This document shows, in pieces, positions 39,019 to 51,643 of a stretch of DNA of 64,000 nucleotides. The notes under the pieces were generated by a model that saw only the letters and a list, made by a program, of their open reading frames with translations, searched no databases and was not told the DNA's origin. The DNA is taken from the NCBI RefSeq assembly GCF_964355755.1, contig NC_092671.1, positions 15,252,001 through 15,316,000 of the forward strand. Direction: 5' to 3'. Positions within the stretch are counted from its first letter, which is position 1. Each line of letters starts with the position of its first letter. Both the position numbers and the translations under genes were made by a program. The stretch is from Antedon mediterranea (lineage: Eukaryota > Animalia > Echinodermata).

Positions 39019-39159
39019 ATTTTAATTGCTTTAAATCTAAACACAAATAATAAAGAAAAGGACAGAAAAATGTAGAACAGAACAGCAGCAGTTATTTTGG
39101 TAAACAATTAATATTATAAATATTTTATTTTTGTTTTGTTCTAAACATTTATTATAAAT

Positions 39160-39375
39160 CTAGGCCTATGCCTAACCCGGTGGCCTAGGGTCTAGGCCAA
39201 TATTATATAGGCCTACCTGGGCCTAGGCTAGCGAATGGGTAGGCCGGCCCGGGATCCGCCTGCTGCCCTAGCCTAGCTAGGCCTAGCCTCCTAATAATAA
39301 TAATAATAATAATAGGCTAGCCTGGGCCCTACTAGCTAGCTTGTGACTAGATTTTAGTTAGCCTAGGCCTAGTAT
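39160..39375. repeat. Cluster of short palindromic TAGGCCTA/CTAG/GGCC motifs with (AAT)n
   Basis: Directly visible in the first intron of the minus-strand gene, near its promoter. Confidence 0.7.
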
Positions 39376-39430
39376 ATTATAAGGCTGCTTAAAGCTTTCA
39401 TTATAGAACCTTCAGAAAACAGTATCCTAC

Positions 39431-40400
39431 CTGTAAATAATATTATGAGTTAAATGAATAAAGTCGAGTCATTAATAATTCATTACAACAATTAGAAAAC
39501 CGATTATGTTGACAAAACACACCGCCATGACAGTTTTTACTTTGCTAATTGATTGATCACGTGGTACACGTTGCTATGATACATTCAATCAAAACCTTAA
39601 AAGTTCTGATTTGTTAGGTGCTTAATACAATTTAGTTGGTGGATCTTTAATTTTTCGTATTTTCAAAATATTTTTTTCCATATTAATGAATTGATGTGTA
39701 TCAGCAAAAAGTTCAGCAAGATTGATATTTAATAAAAATGTTCGTGATCGCCGAAATAAGAGTACATCTTATTGTTTATTTGTATTATTATTTATAGGAT
39801 GTGAAGCCAAATGTCTGTAAAAAAAAGACAACTTTTACACAAATTAAATTTAGCAGTTCATTCATATTACAGTATTCACTTTTTTTTTAGTGTAAGATAT
39901 TTAATATTAAAGATATTATCTGATAAATAATGTTTTAACATTTTTTGTTGAATATGCAATTTTAATGTCAGATATTGGATCATGATAGGCCTATCAGATA
40001 TTTATCCTACCTGGAAGTGAAATCATTATTTTTCATTCCTGTTTGTCTACGGAAGCGAATAACTTTATTAAAACAGCAAAATAGCCTTTCAACGCATCAA
40101 AAACTGATTTTATTAATATTCATTTTTCATGTTTTGGAGGAAAATACATCAAATATTTAAAAACGCAATCTGTATAATATTTGAAACACTGTTTACAAAT
40201 GAACATGGTAACTGTCACCCTGGTGTATATAAAAAAAATACATCGAAAACTCCATCAATCACGCGCGCACATCGCACGTCTTTCCCGCCACACCAATACG
40301 GCAGTCGTGCCAATAGAAAATTTTGAACCGGGCCTATAGTCATTTCAGGTTGTATAAACTCTAAATCAGTCATCCATTCCATAACAAATAACCCTAACTT
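39431..40400. promoter_or_regulatory. Divergent promoter region between the FAM186-like gene (-) and KIFBP (+). E-box CACGTG at 39558-39563 and RFX X-box-like GTTGCTATGATAC at 39570-39582
   Basis: Minus-strand UTR donor CAG|GTAGG at 39430, KIFBP ATG at 40488, CpG-rich patch with CCAAT boxes at 40255-40335. Confidence 0.55.
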
Positions 40401-40487
40401 TTAATTTAGAATTTTGAGACCTAATCACGTTTACGATTTTGTTAAAAATAATTTCTTCATGTTGTTTATATGTTAGTGTAATAAATA

Positions 40488-43400
40488 ATGTCAACTTTCG
40501 ATCAGTTTCGATTGGCAAGCGGATGTAAACAGTACTTGGAAGCTAGGCACCTATCCGAAGAGGTTAGTCGATGGCGAGCTCGCCTGTCGAAACACCATTG
40601 TCTCCCGGGTCCATTTTACCAGTGCGTAGGCCTAAATGTTGTAAGGTGGCATCGAATAGTACTGCTACTTATGCAACAGAATACAGCATGAATATAAATT
40701 AAAATTGAGCTTAGTTAATTGTTAAATGTGTCTTTAGCCCCAGAGTATAATGATGTAATTGTATCCTGAAATTTTCTAAATAAATGAGTTTTTTAATTAA
40801 TCTTAATAATAAATGAGTCAAAAGTAGGTAAAAGTTTTACAAAAAGAGGGATTTTGTTCCAAAGAGAGGATGCAACACTGTAAGTTTTGGTTCGAAAACG
40901 GGGAATAGATCGCAATGATTTGTCAGAGGAGTGAACGCAATGAAAGGAACGTATTGAGGAACAAAATGGGCATTACAAAAATAGAGAGTATACACAATTA
41001 TTAGGCCTAACCATATTATGTTTGACATTTCTACATACAGCTTTCACAGCATGACCCGGAAACAGAGCCATTCAAATCAAAGTACAAGGCTCGTGAGGTT
41101 CTGGCTGAACTCAAGAAAAGTCTGAGTGAATTTTCAGAACAAGAACAACAGGATTTCTCAGAAGGTAACATCATGCATAACAAATATGTAAACAATTGTT
41201 GCTGTGTCATATGTAGTATTCGTCCAATAAAAAAGTGCATTAGTCTGAGATTCAAAATATCTAAATATCTGTCCAATGATAATGTAATGCTATCAAGCAA
41301 AGGTTTAAACTCTGTTTAGTCAGCTCTACACTATCAATATAGTGTGATGTTCCCAAATATGGTAATTATATACCCAAATATGGTAGTAATATGACATCAT
41401 CATGTCCATATATATAGGCCCATCACATTTTTGTCACAAAGTTTGATAGTGTAGCTTGGTTTTTTAGCTCAATACTCATCAATTGATAATCATTCTCTTG
41501 TTCATGTTATTTGTTATAGATGTACTTGCATGTGAAGCCTTGTTGGAATACCAACTGGCTGTCAATTATATTGACACCACAGAGGTGTCAACTGGTGAAG
41601 AACATTTGAAGAAGGTTGAGAAAATGCTGCAAGACAAGCACCTGAGTTATCAGTTTGTTTCATTGCTTCTGAACACCTTGAATCAGGTACATAGTATGAT
41701 AACCATAGTAGAGCTCTTCCCGGTCCCTTTTGACTGGAAACTTTGTCTAGATATGAAAGGGGATGAGGGTGAATACAATCAGTGCGTGTGAATGAGACTT
41801 AAATTCTGATTGGTAATTTACAAGGCTGACTTATTTTGAATTAAGTTAACCGATCATTCTTCTTAATCTTTATTTCTCCCTTCCAATCATTAACATGTTT
41901 GTAATGTTAATGTTGTCGAATTATATAGCACTTTTAACAATCAGCAGATTTTCCAAAAGCGCTTGAAATAAAAATTGAGATGGGAGAGAAAACAGATTAA
42001 ATTACAAAAACTTAAAAAGATGGGTTTTTAAAATGGTTTTGAAATTAAAGGTGACTCTTGAATGGAATTGGGAAGATTATATTAAATATCCACTCTTGTT
42101 TACAAATCAGTTTCTGGTTCTGTGCAAAATTATCTGCAGGATTTATTTTCAATTCAAGTTACTTCTAAAATTTCACCTTTTTTAATCATTCTTGTTGGTC
42201 TGTATAGCACTTAAAAGTTTGTTGTTATTATATTGCTTGCTTTTATTTCTAAGTTTAAAAAAACAATTTATCCAAAACTTTGCTTTGTTGTTCGATGGAT
42301 TTGTTTTTCACGCTGCTCCTCTAGCCAGCTACCATTAGGAAAACGAGCCCTATTTAACGTGAGCTTTTAGTACCCCGGCTAACCCGGGGTACTATAATTG
42401 CCTGTAATTGTTTTGACCCTGATCAGTCTTGTTGATGGGTAATTAACAGAACAGTGGCCATCAATCATGCAGGAAAGTATCTGGGTACTAAAAGAGGCCA
42501 AGCCCACTTTGTTTGCCAACAGCCAATCACCGACAGCATCAGGTTTCAGTTACAGCATGTTTTAATGATTAGGTAATAGTTTGATTTCATGAAATAAATG
42601 AATATTTATATAATAGCCTTTTCACGCCTTATAATTATTTAAGTAAGCCTTTATTTCCATGTTTCCTTTTCGATTTTGTACATTTTAACAACATTGTATG
42701 GGGAGCTACAAAGTTCAACCTTAGATTGAGTAGTCAAGCGATCAACCAATTACAATTGAATAATTTTAATTTTATTAATTTACCAATGAAATACATAGCC
42801 TACTACAAATGGATTCTGAAATAAACTGGGATGGTGCGATGGGATTTGGTAGGGATGTCAAGAGGTACACCATCACATCAGACTCGGGCTGAGGTATAGG
42901 CAGGGAGTTGTTATTAATAACAACTCCCTGGTATAGGTAGGCCTACAATTTTTGAGAATATGAGCGGGAAATTCAAATAAAATAATGTAGCCGTAGGGGG
43001 TGGTACCCATACGCTTCCCAAAAAGTGTTTGCGCTATATTAGTATATAGGACCAGATATATGAATTAATTAATAATACTAAAAAATCTAAAAAATAAATC
43101 TTTTTATTTAAAAAAATGTAATTGAATGAATGTTAATAAACATAAACGAAACCCATATAAATAACAATCTTTTTTATTGTGTAATAACAAGTTGATGTTA
43201 TACGATATTATAATAGAGGGATTATGCCTCATTTTAGTTGTTTATGTTATTCTAAGAAAACTGCACATAGGCCTACATACATTATGTTCACTTTAGCACT
43301 CTAGTATTTTAAAACATTGATGACTAGCAATTATACACGCCCGGGCGGGTTTCCTATGTAGTTTTAAAACTTCACAGTACATTCCCGATCATTTGATAAC

Positions 43401-46400
43401 TCATTATCCAGATGCCCTAAAATGCACCCACCTCCCCAACACACACCCGCACTCGGGGATTTTTTAACTTATAATGTTAAACTTCCTGGTACAAATTCTA
43501 TTGCACACCCCGGCTTTATGACGGTTTTCAAATGCAGTTAAAACATACCCCCAGTTCACATTACTCATGTGGTCATTGATACTAACCCCAGCAAATCACT
43601 AAGCCTCCAACCCCTCTAACCTCTGCACACTGTGATTTTTTTAAATATAGTTTAAAACCTTCCCAGTACAATTGTGGTCATACAATCACGAAATATTGTG
43701 CTACCTACATTTGAGAAAGTGTGCTCCTCTTTGAGAAATTGTGCAATATGCAACATTCAGGAAATTGTGCTACCTTTTTGAGAAATAATTGTGCTAACCA
43801 TTCGGGAAATTGTGCTACCTCTTTGAGAAATTGTGCTACCCATTCGGGAAATTGTGCTACCTCTTTGAGAAATTGTGCTAACCATTCGGGAAATTGTGCT
43901 ACCTCTTTGAGAAATTGTGCTAACCATTCGAGAAATTGTGCTACCCATTCGGGAAATTGTGCTACCTCTTTGAGAAATTGTGCTACCCATTCGGGAAATT
44001 GTGCTACCTCTTTGAGAAATTGTGCTAACCATTCCGGAAATTGTGCTACCTCTTTGAGAAATTATGCAATCCTTTCGGGAAATTGTGCTACCTCTTTGAG
44101 AAATTGTGCTAACCATTTGGGAAATTGTGCTACCTCTTTGAGAAATTGTGCTAACCATTCGGGAAATTGTGCTACCTCTTTGAGAAATTGTGCTAACCAT
44201 TCGGGAAATTGTGCTACCTCTTTGAGAAATTGTGCTAACCATTTGGGAAATTGTGCTACCTCTTTGAGACATTGTGCTAACCATTCGGGAAATTGTGCTA
44301 CCTCTTTGAGAAATTGTGCTAACCATTTGAGAAATTGTGCTCCCTCTTTGAGAAATTGTGCTAACCATTCGGGAAATTGTGCTACCTCTTTGAGAAATTG
44401 TGCAATCCATTCCGAAAGTTGTGCTACTTCTTTGAGAAATTGTACGTACGGTATACCTATTTGAGAAATTGTGCTATCTTTTTCACGTTTTTTCATCCCC
44501 TTCATAATCCATATTCCTATATCTTACCATGCACCAACTCATTCCAAATGTTAAAGGATACAAGATAATACTGTGACGGGATTTAATATATGTGCCAACA
44601 ATACTTTATCGCATTATGCAGGTTCACATTTTTAGTCGCGTGCACGCGACTCTATAGTTCACTATGTCGGTCGGTCGGTCCGTCTGTCTGTCGGTCCGGT
44701 ATCACTATGCATGTTATCGCTTTCTGACCTTATCTTGATATCAGTTTAATCTAGCTAAGTCAATTTTTCACAGTATATTCCTTATGGCCAGGAATCGATG
44801 TGGTTATGTTTTCACGGTGCGCAATAAAAAATTACGCGGTCTACGCACGATTTAACGAAATCACGTTTGTAATCATATCTTCACAACCATGAATCACAAT
44901 TAAATAAAATTTGGTACTCATAAATTTCAGGGCATAAATCATTATATGGCAATACAATTACGTGCGTAGCGCATGTAACGCATGCGTACGCGCGCTTAAA
45001 ATTTTCAAAATTTATTTTCGATGAAATAAGAGTACGTTTCAGGCAATTTTAAGCGTTTACAAAATTGCCATGAGTGCGCAGATTTTTGCGCGCGCACTGC
45101 GCGTTAAATGTTATTGCGCACTCTTTTTGCCCGATTTCTGTTTTCTTGACTTACTTTTCAACTAGAAATTACGTTATATGAGCACGTCAAAAGTGACAGG
45201 CTACGCACGTGTAAATTAAAAAAATATAAATGTTTTTAAACATTTCAACATTTTTACACATGTTCAGTAGTTCACTATGTCGGTCGGTCTGTCGGTCTGT
45301 CTGTCGGTCGGTCCGGTATCACTATGCATTGTAGCACGCGACTTAATGGCTGTTGGCCTTGTTTTTTAACGGACAGGAATTTTTTAAGAATATATACTCT
45401 ATAAAATTTAATTCAAATTAGGCCCATAATATATGTTTACATGGCAATTGTTAATTTTCAAATTAAAATAAATATATAACATGCACATACAGATTTTATT
45501 CAGTGTATTAATTACAGTATCTGATTTTTTAGTTAATCGTTAAAATAATGATATCCTGGCCTATAACAAAAATGTTCCATCTGTAACATTAACAACCATT
45601 TTTTAATATTTACTTAGACCTAATCTATTGATTACAATTCAGGAGTTACAAATTAAGAGTTAACATTTTTGGTATCATTACTTCACACAACTTAGACAAA
45701 CAAATGTCACATTAATGTGAAAAAAAAACTGAACTATTATGTATTGAGAAAAACATAAATATATATTTCCTCCATAAATGTGCATACAATTGGGGTATAC
45801 TCAAGAAAAGGGGTTTATAATTGAGACATAAAGTAACTATTATATAAAATATGATTATAAAATACAGTATTTAATTGTTTGCTTATAATTTGAAATAGTA
45901 TTACTGTACTATTTATTATAGGCCTATATATTTAACATTAGAGGGGTGGCAAATCCATAGAGATCATTTTGAGATCTCAGCTGAAGAACATGAAATAGTT
46001 TATAAATATAGTTTTAATTTCAAAACAAAAGTTTTTGCTTTTCCAGCGATTTTAGTCTGGGTGCACAAAACACAAATTTTTATTTTAAACTCATCTCTAC
46101 AGTTCATTCTTTGGCTCCCTGCTGTTAGATTAGAACTGACCTTGCTAACCACAAGGCCACTTGCATTCTTTAATTTTGTGTGCAAAAAATTTACCCATGG
46201 TATAATGGTGGTTTCTAAATACAATGAGTGACCAATTCCAAAATAGGCTGTGCATTGCAGCCAATCAGAAGCAAGGAAGGCTGAGCCTGGAAGATGAACA
46301 AGGTGTTACGTGATTTATTAATTGCCTAAGACATTAATGACTGGCTTTAGGCAAAAATAAACAAGTAAGATGCCAGAGGCAAAAGCTCACGCTAAATAGG

Positions 46401-49400
46401 GCTCGTTCTCCTAATGGTCCCATGAGGACTACTCATTCAGAAGCTATAGCGTGCAGCAGTTATAGTATCTAAGGCCGACAGTTTTGCTACTTTGTAAACT
46501 CGACTATAATTTATAGATCCCAGCTGCTGGACCCAAAAAACGTCTGGGAAAAGGGAGTCTAAGAGGGCTCACGGTTGAACGATTTTGGATTCTCGTCCTT
46601 TGATTGGTTGCCGCGAATCAACAGATTGTGGAAGAATTTTCTCACTTGTACTACCGTGAAGTCACGTTGTCTCTAGAGGGTATTCTGCTGCATGCCTACG
46701 GGTTGAGGTCACACACACACAGCACATTAAAGTTCAAAATTGACCATTTTTTAATGGACATGTGATTCATAATTAAAGTACTATCTTTGATTTGTATGTA
46801 TTGTTGTGATTAAAGGACATCTTTTTGATAATTAATCATAAATATATCTGAAGAAATAACAATGATTAATTTTAAAATGTAGAGCAGCGTTTTTTGTAAG
46901 AAATATTTCTTGTTTAATATATGTTGAATAACAACAAAAAAAAACAATATTCACAAAAAAAAATCAAGACTCCCTTGAGTCTGCCTATGTATAGTAAATC
47001 TTACATTAATAAATGTCAACAATTAAAATAATTGGATTTTTTTATAGAATTGGGATCGATTAAAAATATTCATTGGTTGAGCAGGCCATCAGTTCATCCA
47101 GGGAGATGTATCTCTCCCTTTTGTTCCCACATTTATGTTTCCTGATGATGACATTTAATAACATTACAATAACACAGTATCTTTTTTGTATTGTCTATTA
47201 TTACCACTATTACTTAAAATATAATGATTATGATAATTTTTTTTTCTCAATGCATAGATGGCAATACTTTGGAACACAAGAAATGACAATGAAAAAGCTT
47301 TGCAAATTTTACTGGTAAATCATATTTGTAAAGTAAAATAATTTGGTTCTGAATAGTAGGTAGATATGTGAATGTACTGTACACCTTCTATCAGAAAATA
47401 AAGTGGGTAGGCCAATGTAATGATAAATTGAGGAATTCCTGTAGCCACCTCAGTTATTGTAATATGCACACAATTTTGTTATTAATAAATTGTTATTATT
47501 TTTGTTTTCTTGCAGAATGCACAGGATTTGTATAATAAATATAAAAATGAAGTTGATAAAGCACCTATTTACATACATGAGTGAGTTCACTAAATTATTG
47601 GTATGGTATAATTGTATATCAGTGTTTCCCCAAAAAACATTTTTATTTTATATCACCATGTATCATAGAACAATTGAGATAATTCATGATGGTCCTTCGT
47701 TGTAAGATCATCTACAGTTACTCTTATTTCCTGAAATTCTGTATTTCATCTCAACAAAATATTTGTTTTTTTAAATTTTAGACTGTTGGATAGCGAGGAG
47801 AAAAGCGATCACGAAAGATGGCAGGAGTTTGAAAAAGTATACACTCACACATTGTATTACCTAGCTCAGGTATATGGTGCTCAGAACGAAAATCACAAGG
47901 TAAATTACTGTGAAAAAATACCCTTTTTAAGGGTCAAACTCTTTAAAGGACCATATTTATTAACTGGCTAGATGTATTCATTGACCACATTTATTTTCTT
48001 TTCATAACATTGTTCTTTGTATTACCTTTTAGTCTGCAAGTTACTGCCAAATAACACTACAAAGGCAGCTAAAGTATGATCAGTACGAGCCTCTAGAATG
48101 GGCTTTGAACTGCGCCACCCTTTCACAATATTACATCTGCCAATCAAACTATACGCAAGCTAGGCATTGTCTGGGTAAGTTATATATTTTGTAACCACGG
48201 AAAAATACATATGTTCTTTTGTCAACTTTCCATGGTAGAATTTCCCACTTGGCCACCTTCTCCACCTCGAATCCAAAACGATACAATAGCCCATTATCAG
48301 CTCTTACTAAAAATTTTATAAGCTAGGCATGACACACTTTTACTAAGATCCTTATGAATATGTGTTTATATTTTTCTACATTACATATTTTCTTCTTTTA
48401 GCAAGTGCTAGCTTTATATTTTCTTTAAATAAAGACAAAGGGGAGAAAAAGACTGATGAAGATGAAGAGCAGAGAAGATTGGAAGACATTGCCAATCGTG
48501 AGGCTGACTTGTACAGATGCTGGACCAAATATTGCATCTCATTACTTCAAGATTCCAGGTGTGTCCCACTCTTCATGTTTTTGTACACACTGTTGTTAGA
48601 TGACTTGTTTAATGATTATGGTAGAGTGTGAATGAAATAAACCATTACTTCACACTATTATTTTCCAGAGAAAAACTACTCGTTGAGAATGCTGATGAAA
48701 CCAGAAAAGAAAAACAAGAAAATGATGATGATGTTGATGAAAATAAAAAACTACATGAAAGGTTTGAAAGCTTAGAACTGACGTCTTTAGAAAGTGAAGT
48801 TACTGACCAATATGTTACAGTATTTGAAGAGGTAAAGTATAATGTAAAAATGTCACAGACAAGTCTCGAACCCATGCTTCTCACATGCTAATCCAATACC
48901 TCTTACCATTATGCCATAACATTTATTGACTTGAATTAATGTTTAAATATTTAATTATATTTGTTTTTGTTTGATTTTGTTTTTAGGCTAGATGTGTGTT
49001 TTTAGCAGCACAGAAGTGGATAGGAGAATCAAAAAGATTTTACGAATTTGATGGATTTGTTTCAGAAAATATAGAAATTGTCAAGGTAAGCAAACAATAT
49101 AGTAATAATTATTTTCATAATTAAAATAAATTACTGAAAATAATAGTTTTAGTCAAGCTTGTTTTATAACAGTATGTAAATCATTTTTTGTAAACAACAA
49201 CAACAGTGGCCAATGGGAAGAGATTTGAATAGTTGTTACTAAATGTGATTGGTCAGATTTTGCCTCAATCTAACATTATTATTTCTGTTTAGGATCACAG
49301 TACGTTATTTAAATTATTAGCTTTCTTTGAGCTTGATCCAGAACGAAAGTGTAAGATGTACAAACGCAGAGTAGACATGTTACAGAATGTTATCAAGCAA

Positions 49401-51643
49401 TTAAATCCACAACATTTCCTGCTATTGTGTAGGCAACTGATATTTGAAAGTGCTGAAATTTATAGGTAAGCATCTTAAGCTCTGTCTACACTATCAAACT
49501 TCATGTGACAAAAAAATGTTATGTGCCCATATATGGACATGATGATGTCATATCACTACCATATTTGGGCATATCACTACCATATTTGAGTACATCAAAC
49601 TGGTTTGACAGTGTAGAGAGATCTTTAGAAGAGGAGGTTGGATGGTTTGGTTCATTCTAAAGTCGGTTTAACCGAAGAGTTTACATATAGATTGGCTAGA
49701 GGGCAGACTCTTGTCTAGCATTTTTTGTATAATGTGTTAGCGTTTATATGCTCAACACGCTTAGTTGTGTAACGTATGTTACAATGTAAAGAATACCTCT
49801 CACAGTGATACCCTCAACACATGCGTAATAGTGAGCAACTGCATAGGGGCGTATCAACTGATTCATTGCAGCCGCCATCTTTTTGGTTGGCTCCCTCTCC
49901 ATGAAGAATCATTTTTCTAACTGCGATAACATTTAATTGGATTTCAGTCTATAGCCAATCTATATTACTATGGGTTTTTAACACTGATGCTTCTAATTTT
50001 AATTGTTTTAATAGTGAGATGGTGGATTTCAAAATCAGTATAGCAGAAGAGGCACCTCCTGCCAGTCAGCATGCCGTTAAAAAGATCAATATGCTGTATG
50101 TATTATTTTTTTGTATGTTTGAAGATTTGCATAGCAATAAAAAATATAGTAAAGTTGAAAATGTAATTATCATTCTAACATATATATTGTAGAATGATAA
50201 CCAAAATGTTTAGTATAATGGTGTACATTGCAACAAACCTAGTTTTACTAGAGTTTTATTCTAGGCTTTGAGTAAATAGTTTAAACTTTGTTTTTCAGTA
50301 TTATGAATTCAATTGGCCAATACCAAGCATTTATAAGTAAGTTGTATATTTAATGTAATTAAATATGATTTATAATGGCTTGTTTGAAAAATTGTGAATA
50401 TAAAATATATTGTGGGTGTATACTCTTACTTTGTAATCCGTTTTAGATTCTTTGCGTAAACCTGATGAAACAATGCCCGATACTCTAGAAGAAGATGTGG
50501 TTAGACCAGCAATGGTTGCATACTTTTGTATGGGAAGGCTGTAAGTAGGCTTATTAAGTTTTTTAAAAGCCCTACTAAATACCATAGTAAAGTAGTTTGT
50601 GGTGCATCATGTGTATCCAGAAGGAAGTACTACGTCTCAATGTTTCAGCTGTTAGACTACAACCATCTTCGGAGTAATAGGCATGGTGTACCTCAAACCT
50701 TATTTTATCATATAATTTTCTGTTATAATATTTTGATTTTGTAATCAGTACCCTTTCACATTGCCTAGCAAAAATGTACACACACACTCGGGCGTCAACA
50801 CCAACGTTTTGTATGCTTTGTGCGCCCTGGTGTGTGTGAACAAGAGTTTTGCTAGCCGATGTGAAAGGGTTATAAGTACCACATAATATAAAGCTCAAAG
50901 TTGTACCCTTATGGATAATGTAATGTATTTGTAAATGTCATTTTTTAAAGGTATTCTAAACTCATAGGTGATCCTAGGAATAAAGTGGAGAATCTTAGAC
51001 ACAGGTAAGAAAAGTTCTTTTTCATTCTGAAATAGGTTCTGATATTCTATGCTCATGTTATGCACATAATAGTATACACTAAATGGGTTATAAATGGGTT
51101 TTCTCGTTGTAAAAAGAAAAGGTGTGACACCGATGTCATAAAGCTATCACTATCAAACTAGTTTGACAACAAAATGTAATGTGCCTAAATATGGTAGTGA
51201 TTTGACATCATCGTATCCATATATGGGCACACCACATAAAGTTTGATAGTGCAGACAGAACTGAGCAAAAATATAAAAAAAAGGTAATTACTGCCTTTGG
51301 ATGCAACACATGCCAGATTGAATATAGGTATTTTATTTATTTATTTGCTTTGTTTTAGTGTTATGCAATACAAAGAAGTTGTTGACTATTGCAAGAGGCA
51401 CCCTGATGTAAAGAGACTAGTTGAGGTAGGCAAAATAATGAGTTCAAATAATATATCGCATGTGATTGGTCAAATTACTTGCATTGGGTCCAGGTTGGGA
51501 ACTCACTCTGAAATTGTTGCTGTTCATCACTGTCATGTTTATCAATTCTTTCATTGTTTTTGCAGGCAGAGCTAGATATATGCGAAGAGATGGTACAGCT
51601 TCTTCCAGCACGCATTGATCAACTTATTTCAGGATTTAATTGA
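40488..51643 (+). CDS. KIFBP: KIF-binding protein (KBP/KIAA1279) orthologue, about 17 coding exons
   Basis: In-frame exons giving DPETEPFKSKYKAREVL, LAVNYIDTTEVSTGEEHL, FEKVYTHTLYYLAQVY, YCQITLQRQL..EWALNCATLSQYY, RKCKMYKRRVDML..LNPQHFLLLCRQL, HAVKKINML and ELDICEEMVQLLP. TGA at 51641-51643. Confidence 0.93.
42901..42930. mobile_element. 30-bp perfect palindrome flanked by a 7-bp direct repeat (collapsed TIR pair)
   Basis: GTATAGG-CAGGGAGTTGTTATT|AATAACAACTCCCTG-GTATAGG. Confidence 0.7.
43695..44478. repeat. Minisatellite of alternating 21-bp subunits (GAAATTGTGCTACCTCTTTGA / GAAATTGTGCTAACCATTCGG), 42-bp higher-order period
   Basis: Directly visible, roughly 35 subunits, most homogeneous in the centre. 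Confidence 0.95.
44629..45367 (+). mobile_element. Second Helentron/DINE-1-like (HINE) family
   Basis: T-tract insertion site, 5' palindrome AGTCGCGTGCACGCGACT, (GTCG/GTCT)n microsatellite, duplicated block tagttcactatgtcgg..ccggtatcactatgcat, and 3' subTIR GCACGCGACT with a short hairpin and T-tract. Confidence 0.8.
49686..49963. mobile_element. Small MITE
   Basis: IR TATAGATTGGCTA / TAGCCAATCTATA around a GC-richer core. Confidence 0.45.
50750..50870. mobile_element. Palindromic MITE (~120 bp)
   Basis: ACCCTTTCACATTGCCTAGCAAAA / TTTTGCTAGCCGATGTGAAAGGGT. Confidence 0.65.

Larger units (their letters stand above)
42331..46418. mobile_element. ~4.1-kb TIR-bounded non-autonomous composite element in KIFBP intron 3
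   Basis: 38-bp inverted repeats with 2 mismatches: ACCATTAGGAAAACGAGCCCTATTTAACGTGAGCTTTT / AAAAGCTCACGCTAAATAGGGCTCGTTCTCCTAATGGT. No clear TSD or transposase. Confidence 0.7.

Noticed and set aside
43695-44478. CRISPR-like repeat/spacer pattern
   Set aside because: The constant part is only 12 bp, the 9-bp intervals are two recurring variants rather than unique spacers, there are no cas genes, and the context is a eukaryotic intron.
43721-44505. ORFs of 247, 217 and 147 aa as genes
   Set aside because: They are by-products of a 21-bp period lacking stops, with no flanking exon structure.
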